Part shown: positions 10,078 through 18,555 of the stretch, in pieces
How positions within the stretch are numbered: the stretch's first letter is position 1
How the letters are laid out: each line of letters starts with the position of its first letter
From: Thaumarchaeota archaeon UBA164
GTDB lineage: Archaea > Thermoproteota > Nitrososphaeria > Conexivisphaerales > UBA164
NCBI GenBank assembly: GCA_002499005.1
Contig: DAJU01000010.1
Coordinates: forward strand, 73,750 to 137,749
Direction: 5' to 3'
Length of the DNA: 64,000 nucleotides
Position numbers and translations under genes: made by a program
Notes under the pieces: generated by a model
What the model was told of the DNA's origin: nothing
Database searches by the model: none
What the model saw: only the letters and a program-made list of their open reading frames with translations

Positions 10078-12306
10078 TCATTTAATGAGCTTTTCTGGCA
10101 AAAACGGAAGGGATGTTATCCTTTTGCCTAGAGCACGCCTCAGAGCATTGCCCACAGCAGAGGCCACCGCAACTATGCCTATCTCACCTATCCCCTTTGC
10201 GCCAAAGGGGCCCATCGGCTCATAGCTATCAACAAACGTAACCTTTATTTTCGGAACATCCGCGGCAGTTGGCACTACATATGTTGTGTAGTTTATGTTT
10301 TGCGGAACACAGTCCCTGTACCTGAGTTCTTCGGTAAGCGTATACCCCACCCCCATTATTAATCCGCCTTCAACCTGCCCAGAGGCTATCTGCGGGTTTA
10401 TTATGCGCCCTCCGTCAACAAAAGCTATTGCGTTGGTCAACTTTACCTCGCCTGTTAATAGGTTTACTCTTACAAGCACCTTAAGCACGTCAAAGCTGTT
10501 AAAGAACCTTGGGGCCTCTTTCATTCCCGATACCGGCCTGTCGACCTTTGGGGCATAATAAGTCCTTGTAAACTTGGTGATGCCCCTGAGCCTTTTTACA
10601 TGCTTTACCACATCGGTAAGGCTTATCCTTGATTCACCAGACCAGAAGTACCCATCTTCATACCTGACTTGTGTTGGATCCACCTTTAGCGCATCGGCCG
10701 CATACACCTTCATGTAAGCTATGGAATCCTCACACGCGAGCTCAAGCGCCTTGCCTCCCGTTACAGTGCTTCTTGATGCGTTTGAAGAACCTGAATCCGG
10801 CGCGCTCTCAGTATCGGCGTTTGCCACCTTAATGCTTTTTATGTCAATGCCAAGCTTTTCGGCAACTATTTGCGCGTGCCCGGTAATTATGCCTTGGCCA
10901 TAATCTGTATTTGAGAACCCTATAACGACGCTGCCGTCATCCATGAACTCTATTGAAACCGTTGATGGATCATCCACATCACTGCCATACGCAACTCCCT
11001 TCATCCCAAGCGAAACGCCTACTGCATGCCTTATATACCATGGAGCGTCTGAGGGCTCATGTAGCTCCTCTGAGCCAGCCATCTCCAGCGCTCTCCTTAT
11101 GCCCGACATGGCTCTTGCTGTGTTGCCAAGGGGAGCAACATCGCCGTCCCTTAACAGGTTCTTTAACCTGAGCTCTATAGGATCCATTCCAAGTCTTATT
11201 GCTATCTCATCTATGTTCTGTTCTATTGCGAAGTTCCCCTGAGGGGCTCCGAAACCCCTGAACGCAGATGAAACGCCGTTGTTTGTATAGACTAGAAACC
11301 CATCAAGCTTTACGGCATCATACCTGTAAGGTCCATTGACGGTCTCCATTATGGTTGCCAGAACGTTGGGCCCCCATATCATATAAGCGCCTGTGTCTGC
11401 ATAAGCTTTAGCCTCGTTAAACGTCAACCTGCCATCCTTTGTGGCGCCAGTGGTTAGCTCTATTTTTGCGGCGTGCCTGTGGAAGCCAGCTATTCCTGAC
11501 TCTTCTCTTGAGTAAAATATTCCGACCGGCCGTTTTGTGTAATATGCTAAGAGTGCAAGGTGCGCTGGAAACGCGGATTCCTCCTTACCGCCAAAGCTTC
11601 CTCCGGTGGGGTAGCTTGCCACCCTCACCCTGTCTTCCTGAAGCATTAGGGCTGAAGCAATTATCTTCCTGTCGCCATAAGGGTTTTGCCCCCCATAAAA
11701 CACGTTTATGCGGCCTGATTCGTCAACATATGCGAGGCCTTCCTCCGGCTCAAGAAACACGTGCTTTTGATACTGAGTGGTGTAAACGTTTTCAACTATT
11801 ATGTCAGAAGCCTCTTTTGCGCCCTGCAGGTTTCCTCTTGAAAATGACTGATGGTCAGCCACGTTTCCTTTATCGTGTATCAGAGTTTCAGATGATAAGC
11901 TTTCATCTATGCCGCCAATGCACTTGAGCGGCCTTATCTTTACATCTACAAGCTCAGCAGCGAGCCTTGCGGCTTCAGGAGACTCTGCAGCTATTAGTAA
12001 AATGGGTTCGCCATAATACCTAACCTTTTTTTCAGCGAGTATCGGCGCGGCCATATAAGGCCCGTAAGCGTTTGTGCCGGGTATGTCCTTTGCGCTGAGG
12101 ACTTTGACCACCCCTGAAGCGCTTAGGGCCTTTTCGTAATCTATTGACTCTATGATTCCGTGTGGGACCGGGCTTCTGTACACAAGCCCATAAAGCATGC
12201 CTTCAGGCCTTATGTCACCAAAGAACTTGAGGGCTCCTGTCACCTTTTGAAGAGAATCTATGCGGCTTACGCTTTTCCCTATAAGAGAAAACTTAACTTC
12301 CTGCAT
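10078..12306 (-). CDS. xanthine dehydrogenase / aldehyde oxidase family, molybdopterin-binding large subunit
   Basis: 742 aa. N-terminal a/b-hammerhead (GKSVSRIDSLQKVTGALKF), central FRGFGAPQG-type motif, C-terminal GAKGIGE. No FeS or FAD subunit gene nearby. Confidence 0.85.
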   Translation of the reverse strand: MQEVKFSLIGKSVSRIDSLQKVTGALKFFGDIRPEGMLYGLVYRSPVPHGIIESIDYEKALSASGVVKVLSAKDIPGTNAYGPYMAAPILAEKKVRYYGEPILLIAAESPEAARLAAELVDVKIRPLKCIGGIDESLSSETLIHDKGNVADHQSFSRGNLQGAKEASDIIVENVYTTQYQKHVFLEPEEGLAYVDESGRINVFYGGQNPYGDRKIIASALMLQEDRVRVASYPTGGSFGGKEESAFPAHLALLAYYTKRPVGIFYSREESGIAGFHRHAAKIELTTGATKDGRLTFNEAKAYADTGAYMIWGPNVLATIMETVNGPYRYDAVKLDGFLVYTNNGVSSAFRGFGAPQGNFAIEQNIDEIAIRLGMDPIELRLKNLLRDGDVAPLGNTARAMSGIRRALEMAGSEELHEPSDAPWYIRHAVGVSLGMKGVAYGSDVDDPSTVSIEFMDDGSVVIGFSNTDYGQGIITGHAQIVAEKLGIDIKSIKVANADTESAPDSGSSNASRSTVTGGKALELACEDSIAYMKVYAADALKVDPTQVRYEDGYFWSGESRISLTDVVKHVKRLRGITKFTRTYYAPKVDRPVSGMKEAPRFFNSFDVLKVLVRVNLLTGEVKLTNAIAFVDGGRIINPQIASGQVEGGLIMGVGYTLTEELRYRDCVPQNINYTTYVVPTAADVPKIKVTFVDSYEPMGPFGAKGIGEIGIVAVASAVGNALRRALGKRITSLPFLPEKLIK

Positions 12307-12347
12307 GAGGAAAATTAATAGGAAAAAATTACAATATAAATGTTTAT

Positions 12348-14006
12348 TTATAAAGTTGCCTTCTGTTCAAAGATCTTCCTTGTATCATCAGCAATGTACC
12401 CGTGCAAAAGGCCTCCCTTAAGCTCAGGCTGGTACTTAGGTATTATCCAGTACTTCATGAGCGGCAGGTAAATAAGCCCAGCGATAAGTATGGCTGATAT
12501 CCATGAATTCTGGAAAACCCAAAGCTGCCCTGGGTAAAGCTGTGAGATGTTTACGGGCAAATAAGAGTTTGGCGGGAACACGAGCACCATTGAAATTGCA
12601 AACGCAATGATTGCGGCTGGATTTACGCCGTGCCAGTATCTAAACCTTCCATGGCTCATGTAATTATCCGGCAATTCAAACTTAAACCGCCTTATTACGG
12701 CATAGTCAAACACTATTATGCCTTCCACGCCTCCAAGCACAGCGCCGTAGGTAAGTAGCCAGCCCTCAACATATGAAAACGCGCTAAAGTAATATGACCA
12801 TGACTGAAGCAACGCAGCTATGAGCACTACAATTAAAACTCCCCTGAACCAGCTCAGCTTCTTTGGGTATATGTTTGAAAAGTCATACGCTGGGCCCACG
12901 GTATCAGCGTATATGTTAACTATTATAACGCCAAGAAGCAGCAGAAAGAGGGCTATATATGCAAGTATCGGGTTTGAAACCACAAGGGCAGTTAAGACTA
13001 TCGGGTCCCATACAGGGAATTTGAACACGGTTATGGATGCCCCAGTTACTATTAAAGCAAGGGCCGCTATGCCTGTCATCAGAAACGGCATAGGTATCTG
13101 GCCCATGGTCTGCGCAAACTGGCTTTTAGCAAACCTGCTGTAGTCTGGCATGCTGAGCGCCATTGTTGCCCAAAATGCCACGTTTGCGTTTATTAGCCCT
13201 ATTAGGGCGTACCAGAAAGCGGAGCCGCTTACAGTGGTTGGCATGCTAAGTATGCCCGTCCAGTTCCAGTTGGCCGCCAGCATTGCGTAATAAAAGAGTA
13301 TTATAAAGCCTATAAAACCGATGAACGGGACGCTCCAACTTATTATTTTAAGCGTTTTCATCCCTGTCTTTGGCGGCGAAAAGTAAAGCAACAGGACCCT
13401 AGCTATGATAGTAACCACAAACACAGACCAGAAGAGCAATGGGTTTACAACTGAGACAAGAAACGGAAGCTCATATGGATACTGCTGCGCTAGGCTTAAC
13501 AGCGTGCTTACCTGGTGTGTAGCTATGATGTACATTGCGCCTATGGCCTCTGTTATTATCCATGTATCTATCCCCCACCAGCCAGCACCAATTATTCCCC
13601 TTAACAAAGACGGAATCCATGCTCCGTAAACTCCCCATCTACTCCTTGTAAGGGGTGTTTCAGGAATACCATATCTAGCGCCGCCATGCGCAATGATTAT
13701 CATGGGAATAAGCACTATTGCGTTGCCAAGAAATACGGTAACAATCCCCCAGAGCCAGTTAAGGCCAAACGAATATGCCACTGAAACGAGAGACCATGAC
13801 TCAACCTCTATAGACATCCCAAACCATATGGAGAAAAACGTAAGAGGGCCCCAGTTTCTGTACTTAACTGGCGTTGGATGGAAGTCCTCATTCCACAGGT
13901 ATTTCTCCTCTGGAAAGCTCTGAGATAGTTCAACGTAGCCTTTATCCGGGTAAAACTTGGTTATGGCAACTCTGTCCACCACGTTTTTATCCTCTGTGGC
14001 CGACAT
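12348..14006 (-). CDS. NCS1 family nucleobase/cation symporter (cytosine/uracil/allantoin/thiamine permease type)
   Basis: 552 aa, about 12 hydrophobic segments. N-terminal NEDFHPTPVKYRNWGPLTFFSIWF matches the N.DL.P....R.W NCS1 signature. Confidence 0.75.
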   Translation of the reverse strand: MSATEDKNVVDRVAITKFYPDKGYVELSQSFPEEKYLWNEDFHPTPVKYRNWGPLTFFSIWFGMSIEVESWSLVSVAYSFGLNWLWGIVTVFLGNAIVLIPMIIIAHGGARYGIPETPLTRSRWGVYGAWIPSLLRGIIGAGWWGIDTWIITEAIGAMYIIATHQVSTLLSLAQQYPYELPFLVSVVNPLLFWSVFVVTIIARVLLLYFSPPKTGMKTLKIISWSVPFIGFIGFIILFYYAMLAANWNWTGILSMPTTVSGSAFWYALIGLINANVAFWATMALSMPDYSRFAKSQFAQTMGQIPMPFLMTGIAALALIVTGASITVFKFPVWDPIVLTALVVSNPILAYIALFLLLLGVIIVNIYADTVGPAYDFSNIYPKKLSWFRGVLIVVLIAALLQSWSYYFSAFSYVEGWLLTYGAVLGGVEGIIVFDYAVIRRFKFELPDNYMSHGRFRYWHGVNPAAIIAFAISMVLVFPPNSYLPVNISQLYPGQLWVFQNSWISAILIAGLIYLPLMKYWIIPKYQPELKGGLLHGYIADDTRKIFEQKATL

Positions 14007-14115
14007 TAAAGAAAAAGTTAATCAATAGCTTTTAAACTTTTTCCTCAGCACGGCAATAACGCGTAACGCATCCGTTTAACGTTTATATTTTATTGCGCGA
14101 TCAATCAATGTTAAA

Positions 14116-14619
14116 TTGCTGGATGCAGTTCTAGCGATAAGGGCGGCAAGCTATGCCATCTCGTTCGCTGTATCGCTTTTAATATTTGGATACAGCTTTT
14201 ATGGGTATGCGAAGATAAGGGATTCTCTATTAGCGCAGGAGGCAGTTGCCTTTTTGCTACTTGCCCTTGGGGCAGCGTTTGGGGTTTTCTCCTTTTGGGG
14301 CTATTACTTTGACGCCGTCGGGTTCCTTATAATAGGGATACTTCACGCAAAAACCGCACAAAAGCTGCCGTTTGCCCTCTTAATAATGCCTGAAATCTTT
14401 GGCGCCGGCATAGCGATAATATTTTCTTTGTATGCAGGAGTTGAAACTCTTCTGTTTTACTCTAAGAAGAAAATGCGTGGAACGCTTTTTTCTGGAATAG
14501 CTTTTCTTATAATAGCCGCATCGATGTTTATTGGAACCATTCCAGCGTTTCCTTCCAGCGTTGCGTACATAGCACAGGCGGTTGGGTATGTGCTTTTGCT
14601 ACCCGCCGTGGTGACTTAG
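14116..14619 (+). CDS. hypothetical integral membrane protein
   Basis: 167 aa, 5-6 hydrophobic helices, TTG start, abuts the next ORF (2-nt gap). No recognisable family. Confidence 0.45.
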   Translation: MLDAVLAIRAASYAISFAVSLLIFGYSFYGYAKIRDSLLAQEAVAFLLLALGAAFGVFSFWGYYFDAVGFLIIGILHAKTAQKLPFALLIMPEIFGAGIAIIFSLYAGVETLLFYSKKKMRGTLFSGIAFLIIAASMFIGTIPAFPSSVAYIAQAVGYVLLLPAVVT

Positions 14620-14620
14620 G

Positions 14621-14896
14621 TTGAGGTACCGGCTGGCGATAATAGTTGATGTGCTGAGGTCTGTTTCAGAGAATCCCGGCGGACTCAAGGTTTCTGAAAT
14701 AGTTAGAAAGGCAAACGTTCCCTATACAAGGTTAAGTGAAATGCTTGATGACCTTGAGGCTTCAGGGCTTATAACAAAGGTCAAGGGTGACGACAATAAC
14801 AGCGCGTACTACATTATAACTTCCAAGGGCACAAAGTTTCTAAAGGAGTATGAAAGGTTCAAACGCTTTGCCGAAAACATGGGTATTGAGCTCTGA
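14621..14896 (+). CDS. winged-helix DNA-binding protein, Sso10a/COG3432-like
   Basis: 91 aa. IIVDVLRSV...KVSEIVRKANVPYTRLSEMLDDLEASGLI...YIITSKGTKFLKEYERF follows the Sso10a-type wHTH plus coiled-coil pattern. Confidence 0.55.
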   Translation: MRYRLAIIVDVLRSVSENPGGLKVSEIVRKANVPYTRLSEMLDDLEASGLITKVKGDDNNSAYYIITSKGTKFLKEYERFKRFAENMGIEL

Positions 14897-14942
14897 AATC
14901 TTAGAAAAAAGTTAAGCGTTAAGCGTCTTTAACAGCTTAGGC

Positions 14943-15443
14943 TTGAGGATAAAGGAAGGGGAAAGGGCTGTTTTGCTGGATTTGCCATCGACGTCAGGAA
15001 GGTTAAGCATGGAAAGATATACTGGAAAATGGCTGGCGCTTTATTTTTATCAGAGGGATTTTTCGGAGCCATCATGGGTGGAATTAAACATACTTAATAC
15101 GAAAATAAATGAAATAAGAGAACTAGGCGGAGAAGTTGTGGGTGTAAGCCCTGATAGCTTGCAGACCCATACCAAGTTTGCTGTTGAAAGAAAGATAATG
15201 ATCGAACTGGTATCTGACCAAAGTGGAGAACTCGCATCATTATACGGAGCGCTAAAGCAAACCGACCCTATAATATTTAGAAAGCGCATAGCTCTTATAG
15301 CTCCAGATGGCACCCTCTTTAAGATATACGTAGGCAGAAGAAGCGCGATGCATGTCTTTGAGCTGTTGTCTAACATGAGAATGATTTACAGGTTAGCCAA
15401 GGCAGATCCAATTAACAACGTCAAGATGATATACCACTTCTAG
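14943..15443 (+). CDS. thioredoxin-fold, peroxiredoxin (Bcp/AhpC-TSA)-like protein lacking the peroxidatic Cys
   Basis: 166 aa. GKWLALYFYQRDFSEPSWVEL aligns by eye to Gk.vVLyFYPkDFTPGCTtE with Cys replaced by Ser. VVGVSPDSLQTHTKFA matches V.GvS.Ds..sH.kF. The protein contains no Cys. TTG start. Confidence 0.55.
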   Translation: MRIKEGERAVLLDLPSTSGRLSMERYTGKWLALYFYQRDFSEPSWVELNILNTKINEIRELGGEVVGVSPDSLQTHTKFAVERKIMIELVSDQSGELASLYGALKQTDPIIFRKRIALIAPDGTLFKIYVGRRSAMHVFELLSNMRMIYRLAKADPINNVKMIYHF

Positions 15444-15911
15444 CGCTGATAAGCTGTCGTTTATTTCCTAGTGCACAAGAATGGCCTTAATGGCATAAAA
15501 CGGCTGCAACATAAGAACCTCCGCATTCATGCAGGCCCGTAGCCAATAAAGACATAACTGGCTTCTCGCTTTGGCTTTGCAGCCGCTCTTATTCCCAGCC
15601 TATACATAACAGCCCGTATTTGAGGCCCTTGAGCATCAGATCCAACTGACTTGTCTGCAAATTACAACTCAGCACCTTAAAGTTAGGAAGCACTGAAACT
15701 TAATAATGAATTATTTGCCTGCGATAAAAAGTTTAGCACTGTTTCTGCTAACATAAAAGTCAACGTGGATGCCTTTTGGCCTTTCTGCATGAGCCTTCAT
15801 CCATACTTACCTCCTAGCCCTAGAGGGTTAGATTTCCCTCAGGACGAAGAGGTTCCCCGATCCGCTCGGGCTTCATCCCGGGCAATCGGGGCCAGAGGCC
15901 TCTCTATACTT

Positions 15912-16112
15912 TCAATGTTTGTATGCGGCGACATCCCTTTTCTCTTCAAAGCTACAGTTTGCGCACCTCATTTTCCTGCATTCGGCCTCGATCAGCTTTA
16001 AGCCGCAGACTGGACATATTAATGAGGAATAGGCGGGACCCGTTACCTTCACCGGAACCCCGTGCTTATGATCAAGACAGCCCATCCAGTGCTCAAGCCT
16101 CCTGTTTAACAA
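15912..16112 (-). pseudogene. tnpB: remnant (C-terminal ~65 codons) of an IS200/IS605-family TnpB (OrfB) gene
   Basis: HGVPVKVTGPAYSSLICPVCGLKLIEAECRKMRCANCSFEEKRDVAAYKH matches the TnpB tail (VdP.yTSq.C..CG....R.f.C..CGf..dRDvNAA). About 1 kb of N-terminal coding is missing, since only 147 nt separate it from the next gene. Confidence 0.65.
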
Positions 16113-16113
16113 A

Positions 16114-16188
16114 CTGTGAAGGGCGTTAGCGAGTTAACCTTCATCTCACGGTCAAGGTTAGCGCTCCCCTCATTAATGCCCTTCACAG
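16114..16188. other. 75-nt nested inverted repeat (perfect 11-bp outer stem)
   Basis: CTGTGAAGGGC (16114-16124) and GCCCTTCACAG (16178-16188) are perfect reverse complements. The spacer holds an inner near-palindrome (GTTAACCT ... AGGTTAGC) and a direct GTTAGCG duplication. Confidence 0.7.
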
Positions 16189-16190
16189 CC

Positions 16191-16241
16191 AAAAAAGAAT
16201 AAAATAAAAATAAACGCTTTGCCCTGCCTCAAAAAGGCGGG
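16191..16241 (-). terminator. hairpin plus T-rich tract downstream of the vps4 operon
   Basis: On the minus strand, CCCGCC-TTTTTGA-GGCAGG (one G.U) is followed by GTTTATTTTTATTTTATTCTTTTTT, starting about 20 nt after the 77-codon ORF stop. Confidence 0.45.
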
Positions 16242-16259
16242 ACTTGCCTTTGCTATTTT

Positions 16260-16493
16260 TCAATAGGGCCCTTTTTCACCTTTGCAGTAGACAACGCCCT
16301 TGTATCTTCTTATAAATGAAGGACACAGATAGCATGCTATAAAAGGCACCTGCTGATTGATGACAGGGCATTCCACGTACTCCTTCTTCATATTTGAAAC
16401 AAGCCTGTTTCCTATTCCCCTTAGCTCGTTTAATTTTTCATCTGGAACTTTGAGCGCGCGGTTTGACTTCTTTATTTCAACTTGAAATTCCAA
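16260..16493 (-). CDS. small Cys-rich hypothetical protein downstream of vps4
   Basis: 77 codons from a TTG start, or 42 aa from internal ATG MKKEYVEC. Cys pattern C-x11-C-x2-C-x12-C. Same strand, 19 nt after vps4. No family recognised. Confidence 0.35.
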   Translation of the reverse strand: MEFQVEIKKSNRALKVPDEKLNELRGIGNRLVSNMKKEYVECPVINQQVPFIACYLCPSFIRRYKGVVYCKGEKGPY

Positions 16494-16512
16494 TTTGCTG
16501 ATATGTTTGCAT

Positions 16513-17685
16513 TTAAAGGGCCTTAAAGCTTTCGCTCCACTTGAGATAAGCCTTAATCAGCTCTGGGCTTACGCTTGGCTTCCTTTGCTTTATTACCTGC
16601 CTGAAGTCATCTATCGTTATCGGCCTTGGTTTGCTGTCAGCTTCAAGCGCCTTGCCTGACTCAAAGAGTTCCCTGACTACGTTTATCTGAACCGCCTGCA
16701 CTATGTCCTTTATGTCGCTTCCTGTATAACCCTCAGTTATCTTTGCCAGCTCATCCAGCTTTACATCATCACTTAGCGTAAGAGGCTTTGTATAAAGCTC
16801 AAACATCTTCTTTCTGGCCGCAAGGTTTGGAAGCCCCACATATATCCTCTTTTCAAACCTTCTAAGGAATGGCGGGTCCAGCGTCCACGGCTTGTTTGTG
16901 GCCGCCAGTATGTAAATCGGCAGCCTTTTCCCTTTCTCCTGTATGCCATCTGTTTCTTTAAGGAACTGGTTTCTCACCCTTATCTCGCCGCCTACTTCCT
17001 GTGACCTTGTGCCAAAGAGGGAGTCCACCTCATCTATGAATATTATAACCGGCATGTTATCCTGTTGCGCCAGTTCCCTTGCCTGCTGAAACAGCGTGGC
17101 AACGTTCTTTTCAGCCTCTCCAAGCCACTTGCTCATAACGCTTGCCGCATCAACTGAGATAAAGTGGGCGTTTATTTCGGCCGCGGTGGCGGCCGCGAGC
17201 ATGGTCTTGCCGCAGCCAGGAGGCCCATAAAGGAGTATCCCGCGGGGCCAGCCCAAAGGGAAAAGGTCAGGCCTTTTGTTTGGAAATATTATAGCTTCCT
17301 CCAGGGCCCTCTTCGCTTCATCAAGTCCAATCACCTCGTCAAGCCTAACGTTTGGCTTCTCCTTTATCACAAGGTCATCAAACTTTGCCTTGAGAACCTC
17401 CACCTTCTCCTGCTGACCGTTTGTCGCGGGCTCCGTCCCCCCATCGTCGTAAACACCTCTAAACCTCTGCAAGAGCTTTATTCTTTCTTGATACGCCTTT
17501 GCCCTTTGAAGGTATATTTTGTTAAGCTGATAATCCGGATAAAGATCAACTAGCTGCATAAGCGTTTCTATGGCCTTCCTGTACATAGCTATGGCCTGCG
17601 GATAATTTCCAGTGCTATCCTGCTTTATGGCTTCTTCAGCATAACGTCTTGCAAGTTCCTCAAGCTCATTTGCCGCGTACGTCAA
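16513..17685 (-). CDS. cdvC: Vps4-like AAA+ ATPase (CdvC) with N-terminal MIT domain
   Basis: 390 aa. MIT-like three-helix N-terminus (AIKQDSTGNYPQAIAMYRKAIETL...), Walker A GPPGCGKT, Walker B IIFIDEVD, second region of homology. Confidence 0.9.
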   Translation of the reverse strand: MTYAANELEELARRYAEEAIKQDSTGNYPQAIAMYRKAIETLMQLVDLYPDYQLNKIYLQRAKAYQERIKLLQRFRGVYDDGGTEPATNGQQEKVEVLKAKFDDLVIKEKPNVRLDEVIGLDEAKRALEEAIIFPNKRPDLFPLGWPRGILLYGPPGCGKTMLAAATAAEINAHFISVDAASVMSKWLGEAEKNVATLFQQARELAQQDNMPVIIFIDEVDSLFGTRSQEVGGEIRVRNQFLKETDGIQEKGKRLPIYILAATNKPWTLDPPFLRRFEKRIYVGLPNLAARKKMFELYTKPLTLSDDVKLDELAKITEGYTGSDIKDIVQAVQINVVRELFESGKALEADSKPRPITIDDFRQVIKQRKPSVSPELIKAYLKWSESFKAL

Positions 17686-17686
17686 C

Positions 17687-18286
17687 TCATACAGCCTCCG
17701 CTAGGTTCTCAAATAAGCTTTCGTCAAATCTAAGATCAGCTTCCTTTATTATTTCATCATATGCTGTATCTATTATTTTTTCTGCGTCATCGCCTAGAAG
17801 GTTTATGGACGGTCCTTCGCCCAGGCTAACCGTGGCAAATCCAGAAATTGCGTCTTTCAAACCTTCAAAGAGCTCCCCATAGCTTTCACTTATAGCCGAA
17901 AGCCTTGGACCTATACTTTTAATTGCCGCGTTTGACTCCTTTATTGCCTCTAAAGCTTCATTTAAGCTGATGAGGGTCTCAAGCCTTATAAGCACCTGAA
18001 GAAGGTAAAGATCTATCTTTGTTACATATGCCACTATTGCCTTGAGCGTTTCCCTTTGTTGCAGATAAATTTCCCTCTCTGCCCCTGAGGTCAGCCTGGC
18101 CCTTTCCTCTACAGAGCTTGCCTTGGCCTCTATCCTTGCAGAGATCAGCTCAAGCTCCTGTCTTTTCTTATAAATAATACGATAAGCCTCTGTAAGGCTT
18201 TTCTTCTTCCTTTTAAAGAGTCTTTTAAGCGCCTCTATCAAACCTAAGCTAGAGGAGCCGCGTTTGGATTTATTAAAAAATGTCAT
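17687..18286 (-). CDS. ESCRT-III/Snf7-family protein (divergent CdvB paralogue)
   Basis: 199 aa, all-helical heptad-rich core, basic N-terminus, acidic C-terminal helix DLRFDESLFENLAEAV. Stop sits 1 nt from the vps4 start (translational coupling). Confidence 0.6.
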   Translation of the reverse strand: MTFFNKSKRGSSSLGLIEALKRLFKRKKKSLTEAYRIIYKKRQELELISARIEAKASSVEERARLTSGAEREIYLQQRETLKAIVAYVTKIDLYLLQVLIRLETLISLNEALEAIKESNAAIKSIGPRLSAISESYGELFEGLKDAISGFATVSLGEGPSINLLGDDAEKIIDTAYDEIIKEADLRFDESLFENLAEAV

Positions 18287-18555
18287 AAATGATTAAGCTG
18301 TCGGTCTATGTTTTTGGTCCTGCTGAAAAAGCTCCTTAAGATCATTTTTGTGGGCGAGGCCAAGAACCAGCTGGTGCTAAGAGGCAGTCGTGAGCTAGCT
18401 CCGTTTTAAGTTGACCAGCAGAAGTTCACATTAAAAAAGTGTGATTTTGCCTTTGAAATCTCACTCTGCTTCATAAGTGCGAGGTTTATCTACTTTTTAT
18501 CACAAAGTTGCTGAATAAAAATCAAAAATTAATTTATAAAAATAATTTAATGCGC

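Noticed and set aside
15765-16001. 78-aa plus-strand ORF in the IS-remnant region
   Set aside because: It is antisense to the TnpB fragment and to the hairpin-rich non-coding DNA, is Pro/Ser/Ala-rich, and has no recognisable domain.
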